64,000 nucleotides of DNA from an uncultured Nitrososphaerales archaeon (GTDB lineage: Archaea; Thermoproteota; Nitrososphaeria; Nitrososphaerales; Nitrososphaeraceae). The notes below the pieces were generated by a model. It worked only from the letters and a program-made list of their open reading frames with translations, was not told the DNA's origin and did not search any database. The stretch lies in NCBI GenBank assembly GCA_963695855.1, contig CAVOHZ010000004.1:70877-134876 (forward strand), written 5' to 3'. Each line of letters starts with the position of its first letter. The first letter of the stretch is position 1. Shown one piece after another: positions 62,245-64,000 of the stretch. The translations under genes and the position numbers were made by a program.

Positions 62245-63565
62245 ATATTTTCTTAACTCTGTTTATCGTAGTTCTATAGATAGATTTTATTTTATATGGA
62301 TTGGACTCTATTGAAATTCTTAACGCATTTTCGGTATTTGAAGATCTAAATAATATCCAAGAAGTATCATCAAGAATTATTTTGATCCCATCGATGGTAA
62401 TTATTTCTGTGGAATCAGATTTAAATTCTTCTTGTAATTTTTCCATCATCTTATCTTGTAATTCCATATTAATTGACATTTTATCTCTAATTTGAGAATA
62501 ATTTGATGCCAGGTCCATGCATTCTTGAAATAAAGATTGATCTATAGTACTAATCAATATGCTTGCAAGAATTCCATCTCTACACCAGTTAAAGTTTGAC
62601 ATAATAAATCCTGCGCTACTGCCTTCACCTCCAGCATCAGCATTAGTTTCTAAGATTTTTTGAACGACGTTAGCTTCTCCTACTTTAGAGTAGATTAAAT
62701 TTCCATTATTATTTTTTATGAACTGATCTATAGCATTACTTGTATCCAAACTAGTAACAAAGTTTTTTATTTTAAATATATTCATACATTTTGCAATACA
62801 TAACAAAAGCGTACTATCAGAATTTAATTTCTGACAGTTATTAGATACAACGACTAATCTATCTCCATCCAGATCAAATGAAAAGCCATAATCTAGATCA
62901 CATGATTTAACAATAGATTTCAATTGAATTAAATTATCTGTTGTTGGATCTGGTCCTCTGGAAATTATACTTGGATTTCCGTTTAAAACATAAGTAATAT
63001 GTCCTATCTTTTTGAAAAGATTCTCGACATAACAGCAAGTAGCTCCACCACCTCCATCTATACCTATCTTTTTAGGATGCGGATAGTCATTTTTAGATTG
63101 TTGAAATAACTCCAAAAGTTCATTAGAATAAGTTGATGAAAAATTTTCTAAAGTACCGTAGGGAGGTAAAATATCATGATATGATTTTTTTGATAACAAT
63201 TCTTTCAATTCATATTCAAATAAACCTCTTCCTTTTATGATAAATTTGATACCATTCCAATTAATTGGATTATGTGAAGCGGTAATGATAATAGCTCCTT
63301 CGAATTTTCTTGATTCTCTAAATATTACTGGAGTTGGAGAAATATTCATATCATAAACATCAATTCCATTTTCTAGAAGACTTGAAACTACTATTTTTTT
63401 TATTATTTCTCCCGAATGTCTCGTATCTCTAGCAACTATACATTTTACACTTTCTTTTTTGGAATTTTTAAGAAATAATGAAAACATAGTAGAAAATCTA
63501 TAAATTTCATTAAGAGTGAGATCTTTGCCATAGATACCCCTAATTCCAGATATAGAAACTTTCAT
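62228..63565 (-). CDS. Phosphomannomutase / phosphoglucosamine mutase family
   Basis: SGIRG, TASHNP, DLDGDRL, GGEG, RSSNTE. Confidence 0.92.
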   Translation of the reverse strand: MKVSISGIRGIYGKDLTLNEIYRFSTMFSLFLKNSKKESVKCIVARDTRHSGEIIKKIVVSSLLENGIDVYDMNISPTPVIFRESRKFEGAIIITASHNPINWNGIKFIIKGRGLFEYELKELLSKKSYHDILPPYGTLENFSSTYSNELLELFQQSKNDYPHPKKIGIDGGGGATCCYVENLFKKIGHITYVLNGNPSIISRGPDPTTDNLIQLKSIVKSCDLDYGFSFDLDGDRLVVVSNNCQKLNSDSTLLLCIAKCMNIFKIKNFVTSLDTSNAIDQFIKNNNGNLIYSKVGEANVVQKILETNADAGGEGSSAGFIMSNFNWCRDGILASILISTIDQSLFQECMDLASNYSQIRDKMSINMELQDKMMEKLQEEFKSDSTEIITIDGIKIILDDTSWILFRSSNTENALRISIESNPYKIKSIYRTTINRVKKIYDQTK

Positions 63566-63694
63566 TATACTACTTTTGAAAATTCAGAATTTAATTGTGT
63601 TGGTAGAATGTAAAATATATACCGGTTAATAGTAGATTCTTGTTACCAAAAAGCAAGTGATGAAAATTAATTTTTATAATAAAGAATAATCGTT

Positions 63695-63768
63695 GCCTCT
63701 GTAGCTCAGCCCGGTTGAGCGAAGGTTTCGTAAACCTTAGGTCGTGGGTTCAAATCCCACCAGAGGCT
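63695..63768 (+). tRNA. tRNA-Thr(CGT)
   Basis: GCCTCTG/CAGAGGC acceptor, AAGGT-TTCGTAA-ACCTT anticodon arm, GTGGG-TTCAAAT-CCCAC T arm. Confidence 0.96.
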
Positions 63769-63882
63769 CAGAATTCTGACCTCGGGTCCGCTTGTTTGGT
63801 TGAGTCATAAATTGTTATAGAGCAATAATGAAGAAACAAACTTTTTGCTATATTTGATTGCAAAATTGATTTATTATTATTG

Positions 63883-64000
63883 TCTTCAATCCTATAATAG
63901 TTCGATCAAAACAATTTTGGATCATATTTTACCCCTATCCCAAAAATAATTTCAATCCTATAATAGTTCGATTAAAACTTTTCTCCTTCTAAACCTTATG
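63883..64000 (-). CRISPR. Trailer end of a CRISPR array, truncated by the window edge
   Basis: 30-bp repeats at 63883-63912 (degenerate, 3 mismatches) and 63949-63978, with a 36-bp spacer. On the minus strand the repeat reads GTTTTAATCGAACTATTATAGGATTGAAAT, ending in the ATTGAAA(N) handle. Only two repeats are visible. Confidence 0.8.

Overview
AT-rich archaeal chromosomal segment, almost certainly from an ammonia-oxidising Nitrososphaeraceae (Thaumarchaeota). The evidence is RadA, TFE, archaeal uS11, GTP cyclohydrolase III, an ADP-forming 4-hydroxybutyrate-CoA ligase-like enzyme and an intron-containing tRNA. The right third is mostly core: tRNA-Trp with two introns, radA, tfe, a riboflavin operon, rtcB, rps11, thiL, a phosphohexomutase and tRNA-Thr, followed by the trailer end of a CRISPR array cut by the window edge. 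The left two thirds are accessory and partly decaying. The strongest candidate for an undescribed system is the co-oriented minus-strand block at about 8.5-19 kb. It joins a histidine kinase with a Cys metal-binding (TRASH/YHS-like) N-terminus, a stand-alone receiver, a ParA/MinD ATPase, a CTPase-type ParB, a perfect 24-bp parS-like palindrome just downstream of parB, and a kinase-less membrane sensor. Two free-standing copies of the same Cys domain flank this block, one of them missed by the ORF track. Other highlights: a membrane protein with two AmoC/PmoC-like DxxxH-x12-H metal sites inside a metal-homeostasis island; a deaminase-type amidohydrolase embedded in the riboflavin operon; iteron-like 21-bp repeats before an HTH gene; a secreted protein with two perfect repeat arrays; and several frameshifted pseudogenes. 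All assignments come from motif reading only; no database search was run.
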